Assembly: GCA_964016885.1 (NCBI GenBank)
Contig: OZ024760.1
Coordinates: 10,354,001-10,418,000, forward strand
Source: Eledone cirrhosa
Taxonomy: Eukaryota
Direction of reading: 5' to 3'
DNA: 64,000 nucleotides
Made by a program: the position numbers and the translations under genes. Shown piece by piece: positions 1-15,946 of the stretch. Numbering within the stretch: the stretch's first letter is position 1; every line of letters starts with the position of its first letter. Below the pieces are notes generated by a model, which searched no databases, was not told the origin of the DNA, and saw nothing but the letters and a program-made list of their open reading frames with translations.

Positions 1-3000
1 CACACAGACCACACTGTAAAGTGGTCATGTAGTTGTCACAACAAAAAGCACCCAGCCCACACTGTAAAGTGGTCATGTAGTTGTCACAACAAAAAGCACA
101 CAGCCCACACTGTAAAGTGGTCATGTAGTTGTCACAACAAAAAGCACACAGCCCACACTGTAAAGTGGTCATGTAGTTGTCACAACAAAAAGCACACAGT
201 CCATACTGTAAAGTGGTCATGTAGTTGTCACAACAAAAAGCACACAGCCCACACTGTAAAGTGGTCATGTAGTTGTCACAACAAAAAGCACACAGCCCAC
301 ACTGTAAAGTGGTCATGTAGTTGTCACAACAAAAAGCACACAGACCACACTGTAAAGTGGTCATGTAGTTGTCACAACAAAAAGCACACAGCCCACACTG
401 TAAAGTGGTCATGTAGTTGTCACAACAAAAAGCACACAGCCCACACTGTAAAGTGGTCATGTAGTTGTCACAACAAAAAGCACACAGCCCACACTGTAAA
501 GTGGTCATGTAGTTGTCACAACAAAAAGCACACAGCCCACACTGTAAAGTGGTCATGTAGTTGTCACAACAAAAAGCACACAGCCCATACTGTAAAGTGG
601 TCATGTAGTTGTCACAACAAAAAGCACACAGACCACACTGTAAAGTGGTCATGTAGTTGTCACAACAAAAAGCACACAGTCCACACTGTAAAGTGGTCAT
701 GTAGTTGTCACAACAAAAAGCACACAGTCCACACTGTAAAGTGGTCATGTAGTTGTCACAACAAAAAGCACCCAGACCACACTGTAAAGTGGTCATGTAG
801 TTGTCACAACAAAAAGCACACAGTCCATACTGTAAAGTAGTCGTGTAGTTGTCACAACAAAAAGCACCCAGCCCACACTGTAAAGTGGTCATGTAGTTGT
901 CACAACAAAAAGCACACAGTCCATACTGTAAAGTGGTCATGTAGTTGTCACAACAAAAAGCACACAGACCACACTGTAAAGTGGTCATGTAGTTGTCACA
1001 ACAAAAAGCACCCAGCCCACACTGTAAAGTGGTCATGTAGTTGTCACAACAAAAAGCACCCAGTCCACACTGTAAAGTGGTCATGTAGTTGTCACAACAA
1101 AAAGCACCCAGCCCACACTGTAAAGTGGTCATGTAGTTGTCACAACAAAAAGTACCCAGTCCATACTGTAAAGTGGTCATGTAGGTGACACAACAAAAAG
1201 CACACAGACCACACTGTAAAGTGGTCATGTAGGTGTCACAACAAAAAGCACCCAGCCCACACTGTAAAGTGGTCATGTAGGTGTCACAATAAAAGGTACC
1301 CAGTCCACACTGTAAAGTGGTCATGTAGTTGTCACAACAAAAAGCACCCAGCCCACACTGTAAAGTGGTCATGTAGGTGTCACAACAAAAAGCACACAGA
1401 CCACACTGTAAAGTGGTCATGTAGTTGTCACAACAAAAAGTACCCAGTCCATACTGTAAAGTGGTCATGTAGGTGACACAACAAAAAGCACACAGACCAC
1501 ACTGTAAAGTGGTCATGTAGGTGTCACAACAAAAAGCACCCAGCCCACACTGTAAAGTGGTCATGTAGTTGTCACAACAAAAAGCACACAGACCACACTG
1601 TAAAGTGGTCATGTAGGTGTCACAACAAAAAGCACCCAGCCCACACTGTAAAGTGGTCATGTAGGTGTCACAACAAAAAGCACACAGTCCATACTGTAAA
1701 GTGGTCATGTAGTTGTCACAACAAAAAGCACCCAGCCCACACTGTAAAGTGGTCATGTAGGTGTCACAACAGAAAGCACCCAGCCCACACTGTAAAGTGG
1801 TCATGTAGGTGTCACAACAAAAAGCACACAGTCCACACTGTAAAGTGGTCATGTAGGTGTCACAACAAAAAGCACACAGTCCACACTGTAAAGTGGTCAT
1901 GTAGGTGTCACAACAAAAAGCACACAGTCCACACTGTAAAGTGGTCATGTAGGTGTCACAACAAAAAGCACACAGTCCACACTGTAAAGTGGTCATGTAG
2001 GTGTCACAACAAAAAGCACACAGTCCACACTGTAAAGTGGTCATGTAGGTGTCACAACAAAAAGCACACAGACCACACTGTAAAGTGGTCATGTAGTTGT
2101 CACAACAAAAAGTACCCAGTCCATACTGTAAAGTGGTCATGTAGGTGTCACAACAAAAAGCACCCAGCCCACACTGTAAAGTGGTCATGTAGTTGTCACA
2201 ACAAAAAGCACACAGTCCATACTGTAAAGTGGTCATGTAGGTGTCACAACAAAAAGCACACAGCCCACACTGTAAAGTGGTCATGTAGTTGTCACAACAA
2301 AAAGCACACAGTCCACACTGTAAAGTGGTCATGTAGGTGTCACAACAAAAAGCACACAGTCCACACTGTAAAGTGGTCATGTAGTTGTCACAACAAAAAG
2401 CACACAGTCCACACTGTAAAGTGGTCATGTAGGTGTCACAACAAAAAGCACACAGTCCACACTGTAAAGTGGTCATGTAGGTGTCACAACAAAAAGCACA
2501 CAGTCCACACTGTAAAGTGGTCATGTAGGTGTCACAACAAAAAGCACACAGTCCACACTGTAAAGTGGTCATGTAGTTGTCACAACAAAAAGCACACAGT
2601 CCACACTGTAAAGTGGTCATGTAGGTGTCACAACAAAAAGCACACAGTCCACACTGTAAAGTGGTCATGTAGGTGTCACAACAAAAAGCACACAGTCCAC
2701 ACTGTAAAGTGGTCATGTAGTTGTCACAACAAAAAGCACACAGTCCACACTGTAAAGTGGTCATGTAGGTGTCACAACAAAAAGCACACAGTCCACACTG
2801 TAAAGTGGTCATGTAGGTGTCACAACAAAAAGCACACAGTCCACACTGTAAAGTGGTCATGTAGGTGTCACAACAAAAAGCACACAGACCACACTGTAAA
2901 GTGGTCATGTAGTTGTCACAACAAAAAGTACCCAGTCCATACTGTAAAGTGGTCATGTAGGTGTCACAACAAAAAGCACCCAGCCCACACTGTAAAGTGG

Positions 3001-4340
3001 TCATGTAGTTGTCACAACAAAAAGCACACAGTCCATACTGTAAAGTGGTCATGTAGGTGTCACAACAAAAAGCACACAGTCCATACTGTAAAGTGGTCAT
3101 GTAGGTGTCACAACAAAAAGCACACAGTCCACACTGTAAAGTGGTCATGTAGTTGTCACAACAAAAAGCACACAGTCCACACTGTAAAGTGGTCATGTAG
3201 TTGTCACAACAAAAAGCACACAGTCCACACTGTAAAGTGGTCATGTAGGTGTCACAATAAAAGGTACCCAGTCCACACTGTAAAGTGGTCATGTAGTTGT
3301 CACAACAAAAAGCACACAGACCACACTGTAAAGTGGTCATGTAGGTGTCACAACAAAAAGCACACAGTCCACACTGTAAAGTGGTCATGTAGTTGTCACA
3401 ACAAAAAGTACCCAGTCCACACTGTAAAGTGGTCATGTAGTTGTCACAATAAAAGGTACCCAGTCCACACTGTAAAGTGGTCATGTAGTTGTCACAACAA
3501 AAAGTACCCAGTCCACACTGTAAAGTGGTCATGTAGTTGTCACAACAAAAAACACCCAGACCACACTGTAAAGTGGTCATGTAGTTGTCACAACAAAAAG
3601 CACACAGTCCATACTGTAAAGTGGTCATGTAGTTGTCACAACAAAAAGTACCCAGTCCACACTGTAAAGTGGTCATGTAGTTGTCACAACAAAAAGCACA
3701 CAGTCCATACTGTAAAGTGGTCATGTAGTTGTCACAACAAAAAGCACACAGTCCATACTGTAAAGTGGTCATGTAGTTGTCACAACAAAAAACACCCAGA
3801 CCACACTGTAAAGTGGTCATGTAGTTGTCACAACAAAAAGCACACAGTCCACACTGTAAAGTGGTCATGTAGGTGTCACAACAAAAAGCACACAGTCCAC
3901 ACTGTAAAGTGGTCATGTAGTTGTCACAACAAAAAGCACACAGTCCATACTGTAAAGTGGTCATGTAGTTGTCACAACAAAAAGCACACAGTCCATACTG
4001 TAAAGTGGTCATGTAGTTGTCACAACAAAAAGCACACAGTCCACACTGTAAAGTGGTTGTGTAGGTGTCACAACAAAAAGCACCCAGACCACACTGTAAA
4101 GTGGTCATGTAGGTGTCACAACAAAAAGCACACAGTCCACACTGTAAAGTGGTCATGTAGTTGTCACAACAAAAAGCACACAGTCCACACTGTAAAGTGG
4201 TCATGTAGGTGTCACAACAAAAAGCACACAGTCCACACTGTAAAGTGGTCATGTAGTTGTCACAACAAAAAGCACACAGTCCATACTGTAAAGTGGTCGT
4301 GTAGTTGTCACAACAAAAAGCACCCAGCCCACACTGTAAA
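1..4340. repeat. 48-bp minisatellite, ~90 copies (continues off window), SINE-derived
   Basis: Unit cacacagtccacactgtaaagtggtcatgtagttgtcacaacaaaaag; runs directly into SINE body ggtgttaggaagggcatccag at ~4350. Confidence 0.97.
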
Positions 4341-5104
4341 TGTGATTGGTGTTAGGAAGGGCATCCAGTTGTAGAAACAAAGCCATAATCAATTCTGTAT
4401 GAGCAAGATATGGTCATCTGATCTGGCTTGTCTCACAACAGGATAACTATTTGACCCATGTTAGCATGGAAAAATGGACTTTAAACTGTGAAGATGATGG
4501 TGAAATTTAATTACAGAACGTCCGATAGAATGCTTTATGGTATTTGTTCTGACTTTCTGCTCTCTGAGTTCAAATCCCGCTGAGGTCAACTTTGCCTTTC
4601 AACCACCACACTACCACACCGTATTACACACCACACTACACACTATACACCACCACACTAGACATCACACCACCTCACCACATTACACACTACACACCAC
4701 CACACTACACATCACACCGCACCACACTACACATCACACCACACCACACAACACACCACCACACCACACTACACACCACCACACCGCACTACACACTACC
4801 ACACCACCACACCACATTACATACTACACACCACCACCACACCACATTACACACCACCACACCGCACTACACACTACCACACCACCACACCACATTACAC
4901 AGTACACACCACCACACCGCACTACACACTACCACACCACCACACCACATTACACACTACACACCACCACACCACACCACACCACACCACCACACCGCAC
5001 TACACACTACCACACCACCACACCACCACACCACACCACACCTTTTTCTCCCTCTCTCTTCTTCTCTCACTCTTTCTAATTTTGTCCTATTTGTTATTTT
5101 TCAG

Positions 5105-5143
5105 TGCCAGATTTCATGTTGGATGAGTTGTTACAGCTGAAAG
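5105..5143 (+). CDS. RTEL1: RTEL1 exon ([12 protein letters not shown])
   Basis: ttttcag acceptor, gtaagt donor; phase 1 matches next exon. Confidence 0.8.
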
Positions 5144-8100
5144 GTAAGTATTACCTGTCTGCAGGTGATTACAGGTGTTACCTCTCATACACTTTTCACT
5201 ATTCCCATCCCTCCTCAATACTTTACAGCTGAGTCCCTCAGACCTTTTCAAACACGGAACCATTTTTGGCTCAGAAACTTCTGGGAGAACCCCAACATCT
5301 AATACTGTTATATGTAATATAAATATACTCCTCTACCTTTTTTTCGCAGGACCCTAGACACTTCTTTGTGGAATCCTTGAGTTCCATGGAACCCACTTTG
5401 GGAACCACTGATTTACAGCAATAAAGTAGCCCCTTATTACATTTCTTACACCTTATCTTGGTGGCCTCCTGGTAATGGTGTTGGACTTATGATTAAACTG
5501 TTATAGGTTCGATTCCTGGTCTGGGTTCTGCATTGGGTTCTAGGGCAAAACACTTTATTTCATGTTGCTTTAGTATACTGAGCTGAGGGTGGGTAGCAGC
5601 AGTAGCCAGGGCAGAAACCCTGCGATGGACTGGCGACCTGTCCAGAGAGCGGGGAGTCTCAGTTGCTTAAGACTAAGGAAACTAGGATAAGCACTGGACT
5701 GCTGAGTCTCTGGGCATGAGTTAGACTTTAAACTTTAAACTACACCACACCACACTACACCATACCACCACACTAGAATACACCACACCACACCACAGCA
5801 TACCACCACACTAGAATATACCACACAACACCACACTAGAATACACCACACCACACTACACTATACCACACTACATTACACCACACCACACTAGAATACA
5901 CCACACCACACCACAGCATACCACCACACTAGAATACACCACACCACACTACACTATACCACACTACATTACACCACACCACACTAGAATACACCACACC
6001 ACACTACACCATACCACCACACTAGAATACACCACACCACACCACAGCATACCACCACACTAGAATACACCACACCACACTACACTATACCACACTACAT
6101 TACACCACACCACACTAGAATACACCACACCACACTACACCATACCACCACACTAGAATACACCACACCACACCACAGCATACCACCACACTAGAATATA
6201 CCACACAACACCACACTAGAATACACCACACCACACTACACTATACCACACTACATTACACCACACCACACTAGAATACACCACACCACACCACAGCATA
6301 CCACCACACTAGAATATACCACACAACACCACACTAGAATACACCACACCACACTACACTATACCACACTACATTACACAACACCACACTAGAATACACC
6401 ACACCACAGCATACCACCACACCACAGCATACCACCACACTACACCATACTACCACACTAGAATATACCACACAACACCACACTAGAATACACCACACCA
6501 CACTACACTATACCACACTACATTACACAACACCACACTAGAATACACCACACCACAGCATACCACCACACCACACTACACCATACTACCACACTAGAAT
6601 ACACCACACCACACCATACCACCACACTACACCATACTACCACACTAGAATATACCACACAACACCACACTAGAATACTCCACACAACACCACACCACAC
6701 TACACTATACCACACTACATTAAACCACACTACACTATACCACACTACACCATACCACACTACACCATACCACTACACCACACTAGAATATACCACTCAA
6801 CACCACACTACACCACACCACTCTATATTACACCACACAACACCACACCACTCTATATTACACCACACAACACAACACAACACTACATTACACCACACAA
6901 CACAACACAACACTACATTACACCACACACCACTACATTACACCACACTATATTACACCACACAACACTACATTACACCACACCATACTATATTACACCA
7001 CACAACACTAAACTAGAATACACCAATGTGTGTGTGTATGGTACACCAGTGTGTGTGTGTGTGTATGGCACACCAGTGTGTGTGTATGGTACACCAGTGT
7101 GTGTGTTTGTATGTGTGTATGTGGTGTATCTTTCTGTGTGTGTGTATTTGTATGTGTATGAATGTTTGTGTGTGTGTTTGAATGTATATTTGTGCTTGTT
7201 TGGTTGTGTGTGTGCTGAGACTTGTATAGTGTCCTGTTGACCAATATAATGGCCAGACAGGTAGGTTGGGAGGTGGAACCTGCTACCTTGTGGTTGTGAA
7301 ACCTTTCAATGATACTACTGCCACAACAACAGCAATTCCACTGTACTCACATCACCACCAAGACTGCCACCACAACAACAGTAATTCCACATTATCAGCA
7401 CCACAACAACAACCACCACCACAACTACATCAATCACAACAACACCACAACAACAACACCACCACCACAACAACAATAACAACACCACTACAACAACAAC
7501 CACCACCACAACAACAACACCACTACAACAACCACCACCACAATAACAACACCACTACAACAACCACCACCACAACAACAACACCACTACAACAACCACC
7601 ACTACAACAACACCACCACCACAACAACAATAACAACACCACTACAACAACAACCACCACAACAACAACCACCACTACAACAACCACCACCACAATAACA
7701 ACACCACTACAACAACCACCACCACAATAACAACACCACTACAACAACCACCACCACAATAACAACACCACTACAACAACCACCACCACAACAACAACAC
7801 CACTACAACAACCACCACCACAATAACAACACCACTACAACAACCACCACCACAACAACAATAATAACACCACTACAACAACCACCACAACAACAATAAC
7901 AACACCACCACCACAATAACAACAACAATAACAACACCACCACCACAACAACAATAACAACACCACTACAACAACCACCACCACAACAACCACAACAACA
8001 ATAACAACACTACCACAACAACCACCACCACAATAACAACCACCACCACAACAACAATAACACCACCACAACAACCACCACCACAACAACAACAATAACA

Positions 8101-8676
8101 CCACCACCACAACAACAATAACAACACCACTACAACAACCACCACCACCACAACAACAATAACAACACCACCACCACAACAACAATAACAACACCACTAC
8201 AACAACAACCACCACCACAACAACCACAACAACAATAACAACACCACCACCACAACAACAATAACAACACCACTACAACAACAACCGCCACCACAACAAC
8301 CACAACAACAATAACAACACTACCACAACAACCACCACCACAATAACAACCACCACCACAACAACTACCACCACCACCACAACAACCACCACCACCACAA
8401 CCACATGGTATACCATACCATGAGTCAGAAATAACAAACACAACACTGAGTCATTCTAATTTTCTTAAAACCTTTCACTCTTTCATTCCTTCTCTCTCTC
8501 TCTCATTCCTTCTCTCTCTCTCTCACTCCTTTTCTCTCTCTCTCACTCCTTCTCTTTCTCTCTCTCTCTCTCTCTCACTGTCTCTCTCTCTCTCCCTCCA
8601 TATCCCCCCCTCCTGCTCTTCCTTTTCTCTCTCTTTTCTCTCTCTTTCATGCCCTCATTTTCCATCAGTAACATGA

Positions 8677-8709
<33 letters not shown>

Positions 8710-8733
8710 AAGACACACACACACCTCTACATA

Positions 8734-8767
<34 letters not shown>

Positions 8768-8943
8768 TATATATATATATATATGTATATATATTTATAT
8801 ATACATATATATTTATATATACATATATAGGTATATAGGTATATATATATATATATATAGGTATATAGGTATATATATATATATATATATAGGTATATAG
8901 GTATTTTCATTTATATATATATATAAATGAAATTACCTATATA

Positions 8944-9003
<60 letters not shown>

Positions 9004-9030
9004 GTATGTAGAGGTGTGTGTGTGTCTTTA

Positions 9031-9061
<31 letters not shown>

Positions 9062-9283
9062 TTATTAATATAACAGATTAAAGTTTAAGCAAAGAATCGC
9101 TGCTTTCACCCTTAACGGGATCTTCTTCAGTTCTTATATATTTGATATATATTTTCCTTATCGAGCCCTCTTTGGATTTTAGCCTTCAATTTTATTATTA
9201 TTACTATTATTACTATTATTACTATATATATATATATATATATATAGGTATGAAGAGGTGTGTGTGTGTCTCTATTTTAATAA

Positions 9284-9314
<31 letters not shown>

Positions 9315-10406
9315 CAAATAAATTATCGAGAATCGGAACTTCGGCCCACGAAATAATGAAACACAATCTTCGAAATGTGTGGCAAAGTGCTCAATGGTTC
9401 GGATAAAAACCAGAGCTATAACTAACGTTTAATACCAACACACTGAGACGATGCTTAAACAATCATTCGCACAGCCAAAAATACGACCAAGAAAATTCGG
9501 GTCAGACAAATAAAAATATATATGAATGAAAAAAAAATATATATATCATCATCATCATCATCATCGTTTAACGTCCATGTTCCACGCTTGCATGGGTTTG
9601 GACGGGAGTTTTCCCACTTGAGGCAAGAGTGGTTGTCATTGCTCGCATAGGACTGTCTGGCGGTGAGGTGTTCAGGATTGCTAGGCAATGTGTCAAGGAA
9701 AACTGATATTGTCGGGGAGAAGTGTGTACTTAACGATATATATATACCTCAGCTTATATCGTTTCTAGATTTGTTGTTTATGAAGCTGTGGCAGTCTTTC
9801 TTAATATCCTAGATAAACCTCGTGTTATGTCAATTGACTCAACTTTACGTTGGCCTCCTAAAATATTAAACCATAAAAAACACTAAAAAAAAAACCCAAT
9901 CAAACACAAAATCACATATAAATAAATGCTAAAATATAGTGCCTAAAGTAATGTAGAGTATTATAATGTATGTCACGACAAAAAAAAAACACACAGTCCA
10001 CGCTGTAATGTGACCGTGTAGGCAACACGGTAAAAACGTCCCAGTCCCACACTGTAAATGTGGTTGGTGTTAGGAAGGGCATCCAGCTGTAGAAAACCCG
10101 CCAGACAGTCCACGCTGTAATGTGGCCGTGTAGGCAACACGGGAAAAACCTCCCAGCCCCACACTGTAAATGTGGTTGGTGTTAGGAAGGGCATCCAGCC
10201 GTAGAAAACCTGCCAGACAGTCCTATGTGAGCAAGACAACCACTCTTGCCTCAAGTGGGAAAACTCCCGTCCAAACCCATGCAAGCGTGGAACACGGACG
10301 TTAAACGATGATGGTGATGATGATGATAAAATCAGTGGTTTATAGGGGTTCATTTAACATTTGTTGGCTTTTAACTTAAGTCTTGACTTCTGGAACCAAT
10401 TAATTG

Positions 10407-10447
<41 letters not shown>

Positions 10448-13400
10448 CGAAGGAAGTGTGGTAAGGAACCAGGTGGACTATAACAGACCAGAGTACTCAA
10501 TACTTTGGGTAGTAGAGTGGGTAATAGAAAAAGGTTCAGGACCCCGTTTCGATAGCTATTCGAGATATTCGAAACAGCTTGAGCTCTGCCGTTAGGGTCC
10601 TGAACCTTTTCGTATATATATATATATATATGTACAGATTAAAGTTTAAGCAAAGAATTGCACTTTCACCCTTTTATGAGATCTTTCAGAAGATATGTAA
10701 AAGGGTGAACACAGTGATTCTTTCCTTATACTTTAATCTGTACATTTAATAAATATTTGCTCTACTGGTTTTTTTTTATATATATATATATATATATAAT
10801 TTATATATAACCCATGCTAGCGTGGAAAATGGACGTTAAACAAAGATGATGATGATGATATATGGATTAGTGGTTAGAGCATTGGCCTTGCAATCGAAAG
10901 GTTGTGAGTTCAATTCTCAGACCGGGTGATGTGTTGTTTCCTTGAGCAAGACACTTTATTTCACATTGCTCCAGTTTACTCAGCTGTAGAAATGAGATGA
11001 TAGGGACTGGGGTCCCTATCATTCCACTGTAAAGTGGACGTGTTAGATGCCATGGAAGAAAAGCACCCAGCACTCACTGTAAATTAGGTTGGTGTTAGGA
11101 AGGGCATCCTGCTGTAGAAATCAAACCAGAATCAGTTCCCGTCCCACCCTTGCAAGCAGGGAAAAGGGGACGTAAAATGATGATGATGATGATGATGATG
11201 ATAATCCTTATTGAGCCCTCTTCGGATTTTAGTCTTCACATTAATTATTACTACATATATATAGATATATAGATAGATATATAGATTTATAGATAGATAT
11301 ATATATATATAGATAGATATATAGATATATAGATAGATATATATAGAGAGAGATAGATATATGGTTTGATGCCGTAACTCCTGATAGAGTCGTAGGGGCG
11401 CCATATTGACATAAAGCGTTTCTTGAGCATTTTAAGCCCATCCCTCTCCAGGCCTGAGTACAGCAGATTTCTTCCAGAGAGGGGACAAATTGACCCCAGT
11501 ACTAAACTGGTACTTTTTTTATCGACCTCGAAAGGATGAAAAGGCAAAGTTGACCTCGGTGGGATTTGAACTCAGAGAGCAGAGGGCTGAAACGAATACC
11601 ATAAAGCATTCTAGCCAAAGTTCTGATATATATATAAACACACAACATATAAAGGGTAAAGAGTAAAGATCTCCCCCTTTGGTCATGAATGACTATGAGT
11701 TTTGCCCCTAGAAAGTTCCCCTCCAAGGCACAAACCCAGGCAAGACCAGCAGTCACTCATACCAGTCTCCTCGCTGCATGTCAACACTGTTGACCAAGGG
11801 AAGGGCAAAGTCTGATAGAGTTTGGCACCAGTGAGATCACAACATATCTATATACACTGTATATGACACGCCTGTCAACTCTCCTCATTCTACTGGGAGG
11901 TCTCTTCTCTTGTGAAAATAGGGTATAGCTTTCGTTATGTCAAATCTTCCTATTTTGCTTCATTTCTCTCCGTTTTGGAGCCCCCCTTTTTCATGGTACT
12001 CCCCCCATTTGGGTTTTTAGAGGTCGGCACGTCTGCTATGATGTCCAAGACAAAGGCCAATACAGCTTGGCACCAGTGATGCCACAACTCATTTCTACAG
12101 ATGAGTGAACTGGAGCAATGTGAAACCTCACCAAAATAAGGATCTGTATGAGCATAATGGGGTCTCCAGATCTGACTTGTCTCATAACGTGACAACCTAT
12201 CTAACCCATGCAAGTATATGAGCATGGTGTGGTCCCCAGACCTGAGGTGTTTCATAACGTGACAATCTATCTAACCCATGCAAGCATGGAAAAATGGTTG
12301 TTAACCCTTTAGCATTTAAACCGGCCATATCCAGCCAGATTTTTCTCACCTTTTCTGTAACTAGCCGTAACTAGCCACTCATACTGATGTTAAGGTATTG
12401 TTCTCAAAATAGATAATATCAAAATCTCATAGATTCGATATTATGTGAGATAAAGCCTTTACCATGAAAATATAATAGTATTTTTTTCATCATCTTACGT
12501 CCGCTTTTCCCTGCTTGCAAGGGTGGGACAGGAACTGATTCTGGCTTGATTTCTACAGCTGGATGCCCTTCCTAACACCAACCTCCTTTACAGTGAGTGC
12601 TGGGTGCTTTTTTGCCGTGGCACCTCCACGACCACTTTGCAGTGGAATGATATGGACCCCAGTCCCTATCATCTCATTTCTACAGCTGAGTAAACTGGAG
12701 CAATGTGAAATAAAGTGTCTTGCTCAAAGAAACAACACATCAGCCGGTCTGAGAATTGAACTCACAACCTTTCGATTGCAAGGCCAATGCTCTAACCACT
12801 AAGCCATGTGCCACCATTAATATATAATGTAAATGGTAGAGTTAATCAATGATGATAATAAAATATATATTACTGGTTTTTTAATTGACCTTTCCCTCCA
12901 TTCTTATCTGTCCCCTCTCTTGTCGTGGTACCTTTAGGGTTGTGTTTTTCAACCGGCTTACCTCAAACAGACACGCGGACACATATATATATAGACAGAT
13001 ACATACACATAGAGAGACTCACGTACATACACTGACATACACACACATACACATAGACAGACACACATACACACTCACACATGAGCATATATACACATAG
13101 ATAGATACATATACACATGCATGTATAGACAGTTACGCTTACATATACACAGACACTTACACACAGACACAGACACACACTGGAGGTGGTGGTGGTTTTA
13201 GTGATGGTGGAGGTGGTGGTGGTTTTAGTGATGGTGGTGGTGGTGGTGGTTTTAGTGATGGTGGTGGTGGTGGTGGTTTTAGTGATGGTAGTGGTGGTGG
13301 TGGTTTTAGTGATGGTGGTGGTGGTGGTGGTGGTTTTAGTGATGGTGGTGGTGGTGGTGGTTTTAGTGATGGTGGGTGGTGGTGGTGGTTTTAGTGATGG

Positions 13401-15885
13401 TGGTGGTGGAGATGGTGGTGGTTTTAGTGATGGTGGGTGGTGGTGGTGGTTTTAGTGATGGTGGAGGTGGTGGTGTGTTTAGGGATGAGGGAGGTGGTGG
13501 TGGTGTGTTTAGTGAAGGTGGGGGTGGTGGGTTTAGATATGATGTGGGGTGTTAACAGTTTTCATTGGCTGAGAGGAAATTTCATTGACAGAATCAAACC
13601 ATTCAGATTAGAGAGATAGTATTAGTCAGAAGGGTGGGTGGGGGAGAGAGAGAGTGTGTGTGTGTGTGTGTGTGTGTGTATGACTATGACATGTGTCTGT
13701 GTGTGTCAGACTGTGTATGTGTGTGTTTGTATGACTGATATGTGTCTGTGTGTGAGTGTAAGAAATAAAGTGTGTGTGTGACTATAGTGATGGTTGTGTG
13801 TGTGTGTGTGTGTGTGTGTGTCAGACACTGTGTGTGTATGTGAGTCTGTGTGTGAGAGAAAGTATGTGTGTCCATGTGTGACACTAGAGAGGAGTTAGTA
13901 TTAATGTGGTCACATTCTCTTTGCTTTCCATCCCATGCGTGACATACACATACATACACATATACATACATATACACACATACATACATACACACACACA
14001 TACACATACATACACACATATACATACACACATATACATACATACACACATATACATACATACACACATATACATACACATATACACACATATATACATA
14101 CACATACATACATATACATACATACACACATACACAGATATACATACATATACACATACACACACACACACACACACATATATAACTTTGATAACTTTCA
14201 GGCCAGTATTAGCCAGGCCATGTCTAACTTAATAGCACCACATACATACATACACATATACACACATACATATATACATCCATACATACACATACATACA
14301 TATATATACACATACATATATGTACAGACATACATACATATACATACACTCTTACGTACATATTTACACATACATTTACACACATACATACTCACACATA
14401 CATATACACACATACATATATACATCCATACATACACATATACACACATACATATATACATCCATACATACACACACACACATACATACATATACATCCA
14501 TACATATATATACAGATACATATACATATATGTACAGACATACATACATATACATACACTCTTACGTACATATTTACACATACATTTACACACATACATA
14601 CTCACACATACATATATACATCCATACATACACATATACACGCATACATATATACATCCATACATACACACACACACACATACATACATATACATCCATA
14701 CATATATATATACACATACATATATGTACAGACATACATACATATACATACACTCTTACGTACATATTTACACATACATACTCACACATACATACTCACA
14801 CATACATATACACACATACATATATACATCCATACATACACATATACACACATACATATATACATCCATACATACACACACACACATACATACATATACA
14901 TCCATACATATATATACAGATACATATACATATATGTACAGGCATACATACATATACATACACTCTTACGTACATATTTACACATACATTTACACACATA
15001 CATACTCACACATACATATATACATCCATACATACACATATACACGCATACATATATACATCCATACATACACACAAACACACATACATACATATACATC
15101 CATACATATATATATACACATACATATATGTACAGACATACATACATATACATACACTCTTACGTACATATTTACACATACATTTACACACATACATACT
15201 CACACATACATATACACACATACATATATACATCCATACATACACATATACACACATACATATATACATCCATACACACACACATACATACATATACATC
15301 CATACATATATATACAGATACATATACATATATGTACAGACATACATACATATACATACACTCTTACGTACATATTTACACATACATTTACACACATATA
15401 CATACTCACACATACATATACACACATAGACCTCTACATACACACACTGGGTGGGTGTTTATAGTTTGACCTACACATTGACCTATGAATGTGTTGGTAG
15501 GTCATCTAGGAAAAACAACAGAGTATCTATGCAGTACAAAGAAGATATATATTAGTTTAACATTTGATATAATAGGAAAATAGTGTTAATGTTTTGGGTG
15601 CTGGGCCTTCATCAGAAGATAAAATGAATGGCAGAAGAAAAAAAAGGATAAACAAGGAAGAAGAAACTGAAATAAAACAACCTTTTTACAGGTGGAAAAC
15701 TTGAGTGTGTTCAGTGATTTTGGGAAAGTGTAGGTCAGAATGTACCTTAGATGTAAGAGAGGTTTTAAAGGGAAGATAATCCTTGTATATTTTGCCTTAT
15801 CGTTTGTGTGCGTGTCTGTGTATGTACATATGTGCAAATATATATATTTCCAAATGTATGTATGTGTATATATGTATATACATAC

Positions 15886-15946
<61 letters not shown>

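Larger units (their letters stand above)
4600..8400. repeat. (CAC/CAA/ACACC)n low-complexity tracts flanking the exon at 5105
   Basis: Direct reading. Confidence 0.9.

Noticed and set aside
1-4374. Cys/His-rich repeat ORF or CRISPR-like array
   Set aside because: Head-to-tail 48-mer without unique spacers, SINE-derived, no cas genes, eukaryotic context.
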